A stretch of 64,000 nt of DNA, taken from contig NC_134472.1 of the NCBI RefSeq assembly GCF_964194025.1, positions 49,414,001 to 49,478,000 of the forward strand. Reading direction: 5' to 3'. How positions within the stretch are numbered: the first letter of the stretch is position 1; each line of letters starts with the position of its first letter. The DNA comes from Convolutriloba macropyga (taxonomy: Eukaryota). Under the pieces are notes generated by a model. The model was not told where the DNA came from and made no database searches. It saw only the letters and a list, made by a program, of their open reading frames with translations. Positions 25,696-40,199 of this stretch are shown one piece after another. A program made the position numbers and the translations under genes.

Positions 25696-27044
25696 GCCGC
25701 TGGAATGAATTGTTTTTTTTTTTCACCTTGAGATGTGTCACATTCAGAGAGAAGTGCCCTTAGCTAGATTATTTAGGCTTGTGCGTTTCCAAAAGACTTA
25801 CAGTGGTTGTGAGCTGGCATTTACGTACAGGCTCGAAGTATCTATAGTGCAGATAGCAGTGTGGAAAGTCCAAATAATGTCACAAATCAAAAAAGTAATT
25901 GTAAAAGAATAGGAACAATTTTTTTGCAAAATACATCGCGTATGAAAAGATTCACAAAAGCTTCCTTCCAAAAGGACTTTCATGACCAATGTGGAGTACT
26001 TGATTGTTGCTTTTCCTACAACAGGAAAATTGATGTACTGATCCGAAGCTGAAAATATTAGTATTTCTTAGATCTCTAGGCGATCACAACTATTATGCTA
26101 AATTGCCAAGTTTGCAAATGAAAAACTTCCAAAACATTGGTTTTTTCATTTGCCATTAGGGCTATTTTTTAAAAATCCGCCCTATTTTTTGGAATTAAGT
26201 TTTCTCCAATGGATTCAAGTTCACTAGTTTTGCATTTTGGTACTGGTTATGCGGTGGCGCGAAAGTTTCAGAAAAATTGCTACAGCGAAAAGAATAATTA
26301 TTTGGAAGACAACTGATGGAAAATAGTCGCAGGTTTGGGAGCCAGGGAAGTTCAGATGAAGATAATTGAAATAATTGATAACTGTTTTAGAGAGCTGAAG
26401 GTTCAAAAGTTTTTGTGAAGTTGCTAAATTAGGAATAAATATTTGATAGTAGCCAGCGTCTGCCTATTTTAAACCTCAATTATTGACATTTTAGGCAAGA
26501 ACTGTGCTTTCCCGTATGCAAACCTGCATAAGTAAAAACCATTAAATGTTTTCACTAATTTATGATTGGCCGTTTTGAACATCTTTTGTATCAGAAATAA
26601 TTTATTGTTGAGAGATTTCGTCGAAGTGGCTTTATTGTTAACTTTAATTAAAGTTTAATAACATCCAATTTTTATTTTTTGAGAAAGTTGAAAGGAAACA
26701 TCAGTAAGTCACGGGAGTTTTTTCCACCACACAAAGTGTCTTCCAAACTAAAGCAAAATTCGCGGTTGCCGAAAAAACCTCCACGGAAAAAAACCCTAAT
26801 TTACTCCTAAAGAGCTGCGCATTTAGCGCGTTTGGCCATGCCTCGCGGGTCACGGCCCTGCCTTAGCGGCCCGTGGGACTGGATATGAAACTATCACAAC
26901 CGAAAAAGTTATCACGACCGAAATTTGATTGTAAAATGGGGTTTATTTCTGTGGGGGTTTGTTTCCTATCTAAAGTTAAGTGATTTTTACCGAGGGCGTT
27001 TATTTTCTAGACTCCAAAATTCAGCTTAAAAAATGATTGGATAG

Positions 27045-27829
27045 CCTGGTTGAGAACAAAACGAAAAAAATGGTAAGAAAGCTTCGGTATGTTCGGTTTG
27101 TTCGGTATTGTCAGTTGTAAGCGTAAGAAAGATTCGGTATGTTTAGTTTTAGACGTAAGAAATTGTCGATTTTTTCCCATTAGAAAATCTGATTTTTCTC
27201 TATATAATGTAGCCAAACGTTGTGCTACTGTTTTTTGCAGTAAAACTCAAAAGTTCTTCTTGGAAAGAAATTTCTGAAAGATACTGCAAGTTCATTGAAA
27301 AGTCTTTTTTTAGCTCATCAACAAAATTAAAGGACCGAGTTTAAATTTATTGTTTTTTTAATTCAAAGATTTAACATACTTGTTGAACATTGATGAGAAT
27401 TCTGTTAATTGATTCGCATTCACTGAGTTTTTGCATATTTTCTTGAAGTTAACAAGCAAAATTTTTGACGGCTAGTTTTTTTTCAAAACGTTCAATGCCG
27501 ATCATTTTAATTGTTCGGTCTGCTGGACTAATCTGCTTTTCAGACCCTGTTTAAAAAAGCCTGGTGTTTCTATTAACAATACTGAATCTCGCTTAAGCTT
27601 AAAAATGACGATACCGAATCTCTCTTACGTTTAGAAACGACCATACCGAATCTGTCTTACGTTTAAAACGGCGATACCGAATCTTTCTTTATGTTAAATA
27701 CCGAATAAAAACGACGATACTGACGAAAAAAAAATTAAACGTATTTTCTTTGTTTTTGGCTAAAATTGCCATTTCTTATGTTTAAAAACTGACATTTTCA
27801 AAGAAGTTTCTTTAAAGTTCTCACTACTA
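27045..27829 (+). mobile_element. MITE-like dispersed repeat, diverged relative of 54654-55469 (ends approximate)
   Basis: Shared blocks CTTCGGTAT, CGTAAGAAAG, GATGAGAATTCTGTT, TTCGGTC.GCTGGACTAATCTGC, CCTGGTGTTTCT and ACGACGATAC in the same order. Confidence 0.65.
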
Positions 27830-28624
27830 GGCAGCGCCGCTACCAGATTCATAATAGATAATATTTCGTTGGCATGTAAAATTTTGAGGCATAGGCAAAA
27901 TTATAACAATTATAATCATTTTAGTATAATTTATAATAGTGTGTGGAATACTAATTAGCATAATTGGTCCTTTATGTCCACATTCCAATCTGTAAGGCCG
28001 TATGGATTTAATCAGGTAAAATGGACCAAATGGTCCACTTTATCTGTTAGGGGTGCTAGATGGTAGTGCTTTTGCTGGATAGCGGTATATCAATATAAAC
28101 CATATGAAATGATACAAAGCGGAGTGCTTTGAAAGTAGAATTAAATTTTGGTAGAAGATTTAGTGCACTGAGCAGAATGATCTCCCAGGTTCAGACCTCG
28201 ACCTTTGAAAAGATCATACTCTACAAAAAATGTGGTTAGAAAAGGCCATACTCGACTCAAACAGCCCATGAGAAGACTTTAGCTGGACCTAATCGTTCAA
28301 TTAAATTTTGATTCGGCCCATATTATCGATGCTGGACTTAAGCTCGACACAAATATGATGCTCTACTTTAGCTCGTCCTAAAATTTGTTCGAAAAAAGAT
28401 TTCTGCTCAGTCCAATTATTGTTTTCTCCAAACAATTTCATTACTAAGGAAATGGGCTAAGAATTGGCAAGAAAAGACGCTTTGCAAAAATATTTTGGCG
28501 CTGGACCAATGTGCATGTTCAATGGCTCTACTTTTTACGTATCTGTATCTGTAATCAGATGTTTCAAGGTTGCTTCTGTTCTGTGAATGCCACCTTGGCC
28601 AGCATGGTTCTACACTTCTTAGTA

Positions 28625-29024
28625 CCCAGGTTACCCACCTTAGACGAAACTTTGAAAACTTACTAAGATTTATACGGTGCCGTAGAAAACTTACAAAACT
28701 TTGTACGGCACCGTTTAAGGCCCTAATAAGTTTTCTCCGGCACCGTAGCCAATTGATGTAATTACAATTTGTAAATTCGAAATTCTTAAAATCGACTTCA
28801 AATTTATCGTTTATCTCATACACGTCACTTTTTCATCATTTTTTGGCACTGGGTATAACTTTTTAAATCTCTGAAAAATTACAAAACTTAGTACGGTGCC
28901 GTATAAGGCCGTATCAAGTTTTGTAATTTTTCTAAGGTAATGTTTTCGAACTTTATTTTGCTCAAAGACTTATACGATGCCGTACTACGGCCTTACCAAG
29001 TTTTCCAAGTTTGGGCAAACTGGG
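28625..29024. mobile_element. 400-bp CCC...GGG MITE
   Basis: CCCAGGTTACCCA...TGGGCAAACTGGG, TA on both sides; internal TACGGTGCCGTA palindromic repeats. Confidence 0.8.
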
Positions 29025-31319
29025 TAGTCATACGCGAATCATATATGATGTAATAAAAATTATAACCTGTTTTATAGTAAGAAAATGTCTTTTCATGAAT
29101 TTAAAGAAATCATATTTGACCCTTTTGAGGTGGCCGTCAACCTAGCAGAATTTTTAAAATGAGGTCAAGTAATCCAAACAATTTTGTAAGTTTGTGATAC
29201 CCGTCCTGTAACTTATCCCAAACCTGTCATAGTTTCGCCGCAAAAATGGGCCCGCGGTTTTCCGGATTACATCCCACAGCTGATAAGAAGCATGGCCGTG
29301 GGTAGCGGTCCGCTGAAGCCCGTAAACAATTGATGTCTAAAAATTGGCGAGTTTTTGTTCATTTGGTGGATACATATTAATATATTGCGTGGTCTTGATT
29401 GTGACGGTTAACAATGTATTATTTCTGATAGATTACATAATTAGTGCATAACTGTTGCTTTCATGTAGCCTTACTTTCACTTCGTTTTTTTTAGCGTTCA
29501 AAAATCTTTTTTGCCGAAATCAAATATTGTACGATGTAAATTAAATGTCTTATGACTACTAAGGGAGGAGGCCGGTACAGCCAAACGGACACAGAGCAGT
29601 AGCCATAAAATTAGATTTAAAACCGATTACTTTCCTTTTCTGATTGGTTGATCTTAATATCATTACTTTAGAAGCAATTTTTGTGAGAAATGCTCACGAA
29701 TGAAGCTCAACCCGACCGCACACCATAAATAATCAAGCAACAACTAATTTATTCGCTATTTTTTTGGCCAATCAAATTGAAGCATTATTTGGCTCTGATT
29801 CTCGTTTTTTTTCGCATTCAGCTGGCTCTGAACCCGTTCGCCTCTAATTCATAGCTCCGACTACGAAAAATCATGCATGACCTAGTACGGTTACTAACAA
29901 TCATACATGCGAACTAATATGACTATTTAAAATAACGTGTGATGAGAAACCGGGAAGGCATTTGTCAATTTTCTGTCTTGTGTGCTTCGGTTGGTTCGAT
30001 CTCGAAAATTTCATTAAGTTCTGTGTTGGTGTCAAAAACGGCCAATTTCTCTCCATATTACAGAAGCTCAATTCAAACAAAAATAACAAATCTATCAGAT
30101 CTGCTTCAGTCAAAAATCTGCTTGTTCAAAACATTTGCTTGGTTTCAAAGCATTCACCAGAAATTTTTTTTGTGATATAATGCAATGGAAATACATGGTA
30201 ATAACCAGGAAAAATTGGAGTTAAAGATTGTTCAATCGAATCTACAATAGACAAGAGTGAAACATCAGTGAACTGCAATGGCTGGTACAGCAAAATATTT
30301 TTTTCATTGTTGTTCTAGATAGAACGTGTCGCCTTATGAGTTCGCGACCTTCTGCAAAGTTTTATGCACCTAATGAACACAAGTATATTCACCTTGAAAA
30401 GTTAAAGCTATCAAAATTTGATTTCTCTGGTGCCCTATTAAAATAGAAGCAGCACAAAATTCTCCATGTCGATAATTATAAGAATTTGAAAGGAAGAAAG
30501 AAAAAAGACAGACAGAAAGAAAGAAAGAATATTTTTCTACAGGAAAGATAACCGCACAGCGACAAAAAATTTAAGTCAGAATAAATAACTCAGTAAAGAA
30601 TAATGCTGGCAACTATTGACTTAGAGAGTAAAGACAACGGGGCCCTGGTGCCTACCAAACGCCCACCCTGAGAAATATGCACCTAACGTGAGAAAACAAA
30701 AAGCAACAGGTTTTCTTAATTTTTTCGATGTTTTTTAAATATTTTTTTTTGGAATTTTTAAGAGTTTTTTCCACGTAACTTCTGCAGTTCTAACAGCAGC
30801 ATTCTTACCTGCTGTGAGTGTTCAATGTTACGAAAGAGAAAAAAAATTAAAAAAAACTTTGAAAAACTTTCTAAGTTTTTTTTCAGTGGAAAAGACAAAA
30901 AATCACAAACACGGCCACATCTCAAAAAATAGAAAGTTCTAGAAGGTAAAATTTTTACAGAATGAAGGCAATTTTTTTTAACATCGTGTAGCATGCAGGC
31001 AGGCTTTTATTTAATAAATTTGAACAAAAATTGAACTTTTTCATTGCAAAATGCGGGAAAAAAATCACCCACGGATGGCCATATCTCAAAAACTGGAAGG
31101 TTCTGGAGGGCTAAATTTTTACACATGAGAGTAAATCCTATTTTTGAGCTCCTGTAGCTATAGGCAAGAGGTCTTTTTTTACAAGACACCTTTATCGATG
31201 GCAAAACAGAGCTTTTGGTATACTACCAACTAAAAACACAGTTGATCAGGTCATGATTTCCATTAACAAACTATCCCAAAAACGATGAACAAAAGCGCTG
31301 AGTTGGCTGGCAGACAAGC

Positions 31320-33950
31320 TTTTGACACTTTTTGTTAGTGTGTCGGCTGGTAGAAAGGTATTGTATAAATTGCAGACCTGAAATATATCGAGTTTCTCTT
31401 CAGTTTGGTTTTACATAATTTAAACATTGGAAAACGTTTGTATGAACTTCTGGTGGAATGACTATTTGCTTCAAACTCGGACAAAATGCTGGAAATATTG
31501 CTCACAATGCTGCCCATTAATGGAACGCAAGACAAACTTAAGGACCTGATAAATATCTAGTCCAAAAACACTGAGCACCTTATGCTTCTCGGAAAAATCG
31601 TAAGAATGATCTCTTTTTTATTCCCGGAAGAGTATCGGTTTTAAGATTTTCTTTTCTATCTGCGAAATTCGTAAGAGCTTGGAGGAGTAGCATCATCCAT
31701 AATCCAACATTTCATAATGAAAAATTGATTTGACATTAGAGCTATTGTACAGCATGAGCTCCTTCGAAATTATCACATATTGCGTTCCTAATCTTTTCGT
31801 AACGTAGTCTAAAAGAGAAAAAAAAATAGTTTAGAATGCAGAATTATTCGTAAATACTTGCTCACATGTTCACATTGCACAATATAATTATTAAGGTCAA
31901 GGAGATACTATTGGAAGTACTGTTTCCTATGTTCATACGAATGTTTATGTTTACATTAGGAACTAGCTTATTGGCTTGTAGTCAATTTGTCACAAAACTA
32001 AAGCCAATTTCAATACTATTTTGGTGTCAACCCCAAGCCAGACAGATTTGTGTCAACTGCAAACTGAAACCCGGCAATGCTGTCACAAAAAAAACGTCAG
32101 GCCATTTATGTAAATTAGAAAAAGGGCCATGAACGAACCCTTGTCGAACGCCACAAGACGTTTCAAGCCCGACAGACGCAAAACCCTGCAGTTTAACTTT
32201 TTACAATCTGTCAGATAAATAATATCTGAATTATTTGAAGGTTTTTCATCGAATACAATAGCGAAGCAATTTTTTCAAAAGCGTATTATGGTCAACAAAA
32301 TCAATTATCGTCTTAAAATAAAAAAAAGTTTGGTAGAAGCTTTGTTTTTAAAATATCTCTGCCAGTTCGTCTACGTTTTTTGCGAAATCCGACTTGTTTG
32401 CTTTAGATTAAATCAAATTTTTCAAATTAGTAAAATAAGCGGTTGAACATGACCCTTTCAAATTTTTTACTGGAGACCATCAGGATATAATTGGACTGTA
32501 TTTGTTTTCATTTATTTCCAGCCAGATTTTTGGATTGGCATTACCTTTGCCCTTTTCATATCATTTGAAAAAACACCTAGTCTGAATCTGAAAGACATAT
32601 TAATCAATTTAGTGAGATGTGGGCTAATTACGGAAGCAACAGCTTTCACCAGAATGTTTCTTAAGTCATCATCTCCTGATTAATTTTTCTCATCTAATTG
32701 GTTTATTTTTTTTCTCAAATTTCTAATTCATCACCGGAATCAAGAACATGGAATATGAAAATTTTTCTAGAGATTGTTAGAAACATTTGGGAGGTTCCTT
32801 ATCACTAATCGAGCTGAAATATTTGTTGAATTTCCCAGCCCCCAGATGCGAGGGCGGCTCAGAACCAGTAAGGCACGATGAAGGATCTGACAGAGCATTA
32901 TCTTTTGTTGATTGTGCTTTAAAATCCTTAAGTAAACAAAATGTTTGCCTCGAGTCTCCAAATCACGATTTAAATCTCTCTTTATAGTACAATTTTTTGA
33001 GGCATCAATCCCTTCTTCAAACTTTTCCCGGACTTTTTTGAAATTTTTTTTCCTCTCAGTATCGGTTGGGTGCAATTTTCACTTTCTAAGCATTTCGTTT
33101 CGAGCGCAAGTTTTTTAAATAGTCAGTAAACCATTCAGGAGTCCTACAAAAACACTTTTCGGATGTTCTAAAGGGACTGAAGTGGTCTGCTACCTGGCAG
33201 ACAATTTTGTAAAAACTAACCAACGAATCTTCAAAAATATATCCGGAACCTTGAGACCTGATTTCCTCAATTCGTGACTAAGCTTGAACAAGTTGTTTGT
33301 AGTTAATTATTCAGACTTCAGAAAACTGGTATCCCGGAAGATGCAGTTGTTTTCTATTCCACACAAATTGTTGGTACAAGAGAAAAGGACTGGGCAATTA
33401 TCTGATCCTCAAGTACTTCTGTTGCACCTGTAGTAATGCTTTTTATTAGAAATTGATCAAGGCAGGTGTTTAACTCTTTGATGACCCGGGTTGGTTTGGT
33501 AAATAGCATTTTAAATCCATTTGATTCAAAAATAACCAGAAACCGCCGAATGAGATGATTGTCCGATGGTGTGTCTTTATTGAAATCACCACAGACTGTG
33601 CCGAGGTGATGGTACTGAGCTTGATATCTCTCCCAAACACTTGTAAAAGTTCTCAAGACAGACGATTTATTTAGAAAACGGTGGGTTGTGGCAACACATG
33701 ACTGTAATGTGAAATTCATCTTTTCGAAGATGCACTAAAATTGCTTTTTCAAGGCCTACTGTACTTTCTTTTATTTTCGAGATATCCTCTTTGATTGGGA
33801 TCATCACACCACCTGCCCTAGCGTCACGGGTTTTGAGGAAAATTGATAACATCCTTTTAATCAAAAGACACCGCGGGTCATAATCTCTGTGGAGCCATAT
33901 TTCAATTAAAAAAATCGCTGACGGTGGAGCTCAAGACTGTATACCGGTGC
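31320..33950 (-). mobile_element. Decayed non-LTR retrotransposon ORF2 (CR1/L2/Jockey type; APE + RT)
   Basis: APE remnants RAGGVMI, VCGDFN, KPTRV...CLDQFL. RT remnants ISPHLTKLINMSF...KRAKVMPI, GVRQGFVHGP..IYIN, FAVDT (FADDT-like). Many stops and frameshifts. Confidence 0.8.
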
Positions 33951-35191
33951 CTCATTTCCAAAAAGAAATTTAATTGAAAAGCAAAAAACACATACAGTGC
34001 ATTCGATATTTCGTAAAAATATCACAGGAGAACAAAACAGAAAACAAGTCCCTTCGTGTCTTCAAGACAAGTTAAAAGATACCAAACAAAAACGAAAGAC
34101 CGTCATCAGCCCTCCAAAAGTGCTGTTAAAAAATTATATCTCTTTTTGTTATCCCCGAAGAAAGAAATCAAACTGTCAAATCTGTATTCGATTTAAGTGT
34201 ACTCGCAATAAACTGCCACATCCAGATTTTTGCCAACAGCGTTTTTGCTATCCTTGAATCGTAGACATCTTGATAGTATAAACCAATGCAAAAATTCATT
34301 TTTCAGGGTTACGCTTGTTATTACCATCTGTTCACGGCTTAAGTCAATTTAGTCACAACCAATAGAGTAGAAAACTTCAAAATAGTCAACGGGACAACTT
34401 TGTGACTGAAATGTGGTACTCTGACTTTTCGCAAGAAACGTGGGTCAATTGTTAAGCTTTTGAAAAAGGTTTTGAGCCGGCAATTGAGCAGCACGTCGTT
34501 TGTGCTCAGTTTTGGTAACACCACTGGAGATGGATAACAATTATGAGTTTGCTAATAGTCAATTAAATTGCTTTAATTGTACATTTTATGGTGAGCAGGT
34601 ACAAACATTACCCGTGTTGAGGAATTTCGTTCTCACTTGTAAGAAATCGTCCTTTTTTGATTGTTTTCCTTAGACAAAAACGATCAAAGCCCTTAACTGG
34701 TAATCGTTGTTTTGTTCGTTTTTTCATCGGTATTTTTATGTAAGAAATGATCGTTTTTTCATCATTATTTTTTTGTAAAAAATGATCGTTTTTCCGTCGT
34801 TTTTTGTCGTTTTCGTCTTTTTTTGTCGTCTCTTACATAAAAAATGTCGCTTTTTCGTTGTTTTTTTTGACGTTTCTTACATATGGAATATATAAAATTG
34901 CAGTAAAATTGTCGGAGAAAGCCTTACGTTGATTTTAAAAAATCAATTTTTTCGAGATCTTCCAGTATGTACTGGGTGTGTTTCCCTCCCCTTTTCTCAT
35001 CCGGGCTGGGAACCGGCCAGGGCGGAGTTACAAACAAACAGCTATAGGAGAAATGAGCCGTGACCAAGCAAGAAATAACTAGGCTCAAACTCTTTCTCCA
35101 AACAAAAACAAAACAAATTATAAATAAAATGGCAAAAAAATTGTCGGAAAAAGTCTCAAGTTGATTTTAAAAGCCAAATTTTTGAGACCTT

Positions 35192-38100
35192 TTTTTCTGC
35201 TTCGGTAAAGTGATGTTCCTATGTAGGCCCTAAAAATTAATTCAGCAAGTATTTGATTAATTGAACAACACTTTTCGTGAAACTGATTATGGATGGTTCT
35301 TAGAGCGCAAAACTAGATAACGTATTCAGAAGTTTTTTTCCTAGACAACCTAGCTAAAGATTTCTTTCTGCTTCAGTAACAAGTAGGAAGGTCAGACTCC
35401 TACGTAGGCCCTGAAAGTAATTTATAAAGTCTTAGACTATATTGAAAAATGCTTTTCGTGAAACTGATTATGGATGGTTCTTAGACCGCAGAACTAGACA
35501 ACGTATTCAGGGTTTTTTTCTAGACAACCTAGAGAAAAATTTTTCTCTCCTTCAGTAAGCAATGAGAGGCTGACACTCCTACGTAGGCAACAAAGATTAT
35601 GTAAAAGTGTTCAACTTGATTGAAAAACACCTTTCATGAAACTGTATATAGATGATTTTTAGACCACAAAACTGGACAATGTATTCAGAACTTTTTCCTA
35701 GACATTCCTAGATCAAAATTGTACTCAGCTTCAATGACTAACTGGAAAGTGACCTTCCTACGTAGGCCCTGAAATTATTTCGGCAATTATTCGACTAATT
35801 AAAAAACACTTTTTGTGGAACTGATATTGGATGGATCTTAGAGCGCAAAACTAGACAACGTACTCAGAGCTTTGTTTCCTAGACATTCCTCGATCAAAAT
35901 TTCATTCAGCTTCAGTGACTAATAGGAAAATGACCCTCCTACGTAGGTCCTGAAATTTATTCAGCAATTTTTTGACTTATTGAAAAACACTTTTCTTGAA
36001 ACTGATTATGGATGGATCTTGGACCGCAAAACTAGACAACGTATTCAGAGCTCTTTTCCTAATCAACCCAGATAAAAATTTTTCTCGCCTTCAGTAAGCA
36101 ATGAGAGGCTGACACTCCTACGTAGGCACCAAAGATTATGTAAAAGTGTTCGACTAGATTGAAAAACTCCTTTCAAGAAACTGTATATAGATGATTTTTA
36201 GACCGCAAAACTTGACAATGTATTCAGAACTTTTTTCCTAGCCATTCCTAGATCAAAATTTCATTTTGCTTCTGTGACTAATAGGAAAGTGACCTTCCTA
36301 CATAGGCCCTAAAATTAATTCAGCAAGTATAAGATTAATTGAAAAACAGATTTCGTGAAACTGATTAAGGATGGTTCCTAGAGCGCAAAATTAGACAACG
36401 TATTCAGAGCATTTTTTCCAGACAACCTAGCTCACAACTTGTTTCTCCTTCAGTAAGCAATGAGAGGTTGACACTCCTGTGTGGGCACCAAAAATGATGT
36501 AAAAGTGTTCGACTAGATTGAAAAACACCTTTCAAGAAACCGTATATAGATTGTTTTTAGACCGCAAACCTTGACAATGTATTCAGAACTTTTTTCCTAG
36601 ACATTCCTAGATCGAAACATTACTCAGCTTCAATGACTAATAGGAAAGTGAACTTCCTACGTAGGCCCTGAAATTAATTCAGCTATTATTCGACTAAATG
36701 AAAAACACTTTTCTTGAAACTGATTAGGGATGGATCTTAGACCGCAAAACTAGACAACGTATTCAGAGCTTTTTTCCTAGACATTCCTAGATCAAAACTT
36801 CATTTAGTTGCAGTGACTAATAGGAAATTGACCCCTCCTACGTAGTCCCTGAAATTAAATCAGCAACTATTTGACTCATTGAAAAACACTTTTCGTGAAA
36901 CTGATTATGGATGGATCTTAGACGGCAAAACTAGACAACGTATTCAGAGCTCTTTTTCTAGACAACCTAGATCAAAACTTCTCTCTCCTTCAGTACGCAA
37001 TGAGAGGGTGAAAATTCTGCGCAGGCAGCAAAAATGATGTAAAAGTTTTCGACTAGATTGAAAAACACCTTTAATGAAACTGTATATAGATGGTTTCTAG
37101 ACCGCAAAACCTGACAATGTATTATGAAATTCTTTTCATAGACATTCCTAGATCAAAACTTCATTCAACTTCAGTGACTAATAGGAAAGTGACCTTCCTA
37201 CGTAGGCCCTGAAATTATTCCAGCAGTTATTCGACTAATTGAAAAACACTTTTTGTGAGACTGATTATGGATGGATCTTAGAGCGCAAAACTAGACAACG
37301 TACTCAGAACTTTGTTTCCTAGACATTCCTAGATCAAAACTTCATTCAGCTTCAGTGACTAATAAAAAAGTGACCTTCCTACGTAGGCCCTGAAATTAAT
37401 TCAGCAATTAATCGACTATTTGAAAAACACTTTTCGTGAGGCTGATTATGGATGGTTCTTAGAGCGCAAAACTAGACAACGTACTCAGAGCTTTGTTTCC
37501 TAGACATTCCTAGATCAAAACTTCATTCAGCTTCAGTGACTAATAGGAAAGTGACCTTCCTACGTAGGCCATTCAGCTTCAGTGACTAATAGGAAAGTGA
37601 CCTTCCTTCGTAGGCCCTGAAACTATTCCAACAGTTATTCGACTAACTGAAAAACACTTTTTGTGAGACTGATTATGGATAGATCTTAGAGCGCAAAACT
37701 AAACAACGTACTCAGAACTTTGTTTCCTAGACATTCCTAGATCAAAACATCATTCAGCTTCAGTGACTAATAAAAAAGTGACCTTCCTACGTAGGCCCTG
37801 AAATTAATTCAGCAATTAATCGACTAATTGAAAAACACTTTTCGTGAAACTGATTATGGATGGATCTTAGACGGCAAAACTAGACAACGTATTCAGAGCT
37901 CTTTTTCTAGACAACCTAGATCAAAACTTCTCTCTCCTTCAGTACGCAATGAGAGGGTGAAAATTCTGCGTAGGCAGCAAAAATGATGTAAAAGTTTTCG
38001 ACTAGATTGAAAAACACCTTTAATGAAACTGTATATAGATGGTTTCTAGACCGCAAAACCTGACAATGTATTATGAAATTCTTTTCATAGACATTCCTAG

Positions 38101-40090
38101 ATCAAAACTTCATTCAACTTCAATGACTAATAGGAAAGTGACCTTCCTACGTAGGCCCTGAAATTAATTCAGCAATTAATCGACTAATTGAAAAACACTT
38201 TTCGTGAGACTGATTATGGATGGTTCTTAGAGCGCAAAACTAGACAACGTACTCAGAGCTTTGTTTCCTAGACATTCCTAGATCAAAACTTCATTCAGCT
38301 TCAGTGACTAATAGGAAATTGACCTTCCTACGTAGGCCCTGAAATTAATTCAGCAATTAATCGACTAATTGAAAAACACTTTTCGTGAGACTGATTATGG
38401 ATGGTTCTTAGAGCGCAAAACTAGACAACGTACTCAGAGCTTTGTTTCCTAGACATTCCTAGATCAAAACTTCATTCAGCTTCAGTGACTAATAGGAAAT
38501 TGACCCCTCCTACGTAGGCCCTGAAATTAAATCAGCAATTATTTGACTCATTGAAAAACACTTTTCGTGAAACTGATTATGGATGGATCTTAGACGGCAA
38601 AACTAGACAACGTATTCAGAGCGCTTTTTCTAGACAACCTAGATCAAAACTTCTCTCTCCTTCAGTTCGCAATGAGAGGGTGAAAATTCTGCGTAGGCAG
38701 CAAAAATGATGTAAAAGTTTTCGACTAGATTGAAAAACACCTTTAATGAAACTGTATATAGATGGTTTCTAGACCGCAAAGCCTGACAATGTATTATGAA
38801 ATTCTTTTCATAGACATTCCTAGATCAAAACTTCATTCAACTTCAATGACTAATAGGAAAGTGACCTTCCTACGTAGGCCATTCAGCTTCAGTGACTAAT
38901 AGGAAAGTGCCCTCCCTACGTAGGCCCTAAAAAATTATTCCAGCAGTTATTCGACTAATTGAAAAACACTTTTCGTGAGACTGATTATGGATGGATCTTA
39001 GAGCGCAAAACTAGACAACGTACTCAGAACTTTGTTTCCTAGACATTCCTAGATCAAAACTTCATTCAGCTTCAGTGACTAATAAAAAAGTGACCTTCCT
39101 ACGTAGGCCCTGAAATTAATTCAGCAATTAATCGACCAATTGAAAAACACTTTTCGTGAGACTGATTATGGATGGTTCTTAGAGCGCAAAACTAGACAAC
39201 GTACTCAGAGCTTTGTTTCCTAGACATTCCTAGATCAAAACTTCATTCAGCTTCAGTGTCTAATAGGAAAGTGACCTTCCTACGTAGGCCATTCAGCTTC
39301 AGTGACTAATAGGAAAGTGACCTTCCTACGTAGGCCCTGAAATTATTCCAGCAGTTATTCGACTAACTGAAAAACACTTTTCGTGAGACTGATTATGGAT
39401 GGATCTTAGAGCGCAAAACTAGACAACGTACTCAGAACTTTGTTTCCTAGACATTCCTAGATCAAAACTTCATTCAGCTTCAGTGACTAATAAAAAGTGA
39501 CCTTCCTACGTAGGCCCTGAAATTAATTCAGCAATTAATCGACTAATTGAAAAACACTTTTCGTGAGACTGATTATGGATGGTTCTTAGAGCGCAAAACT
39601 AGACAACGTACACAGAGCTTTGTTTCCTAGACATTCCTAGATCAAAACTTCATTCAGCTTCAGTGTCTAATAGGAAAGTGACCTTCCTACGTTGGCCATT
39701 CAGCTTCAGTGACTAATAGGAAAGTGACCTTCCTACGTAGGCCCTGAAATTAATTCAGCAGTTATTCGACTAATTGAAAAACACTTTTCGTGAGACTGAT
39801 TATGGGTAGATCTTAGAGCGCAAAACTAGACAACGTACTCAGTGCTTTGTTTCCTAGACATTCATAGATCAAAATTTCATTCAGCTTCAGTGACTAATAG
39901 GAAATTGACCTTCCTACGTAGGCCCTGAAATTAATTCAGTAGTTATTCTACTAATTGAAAAACACTTTTCGTGAGACTGATTCTGGATGGATCTTAGACC
40001 GCAAAACTAGACAACGTATTCAAAGACACCTTTCATGAGACTGTATATACATGGCTTTTAGACCGGAAGACAATGTATTCAAGAACTTTG
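35192..40090. repeat. Satellite array, ~26 monomers of ~180 bp, two monomer types, higher-order structure
   Basis: Core CCTACGTAGG recurs every ~180 bp. B-type monomers (GCAATGAGAGG...GTATATAGAT) at ~35580, 36120, 36480, 37020, 37970 and 38690; 46-bp internal duplications at ~37571, 38881, 39291 and 39698. Confidence 0.97.
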
Positions 40091-40199
40091 TTCTTCAAAA
40101 TTGACTCTAGATTAAATACGCAAATTTCTTATAATAAGGCTTTTCGATAACATATCTGAACAATTTTCAAGGCATGTAAAATTTAACTCAGCTAGATCA

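Noticed and set aside
25800-26016. Possible isolated minus-strand exon (AG...GTAAGT)
   Set aside because: One open frame, but no recognisable domain and no partner exons identified.
26835-26885. GC-rich hairpin considered as an HDV-like ribozyme
   Set aside because: Only a simple stem is visible; the nested pseudoknot elements could not be assigned.
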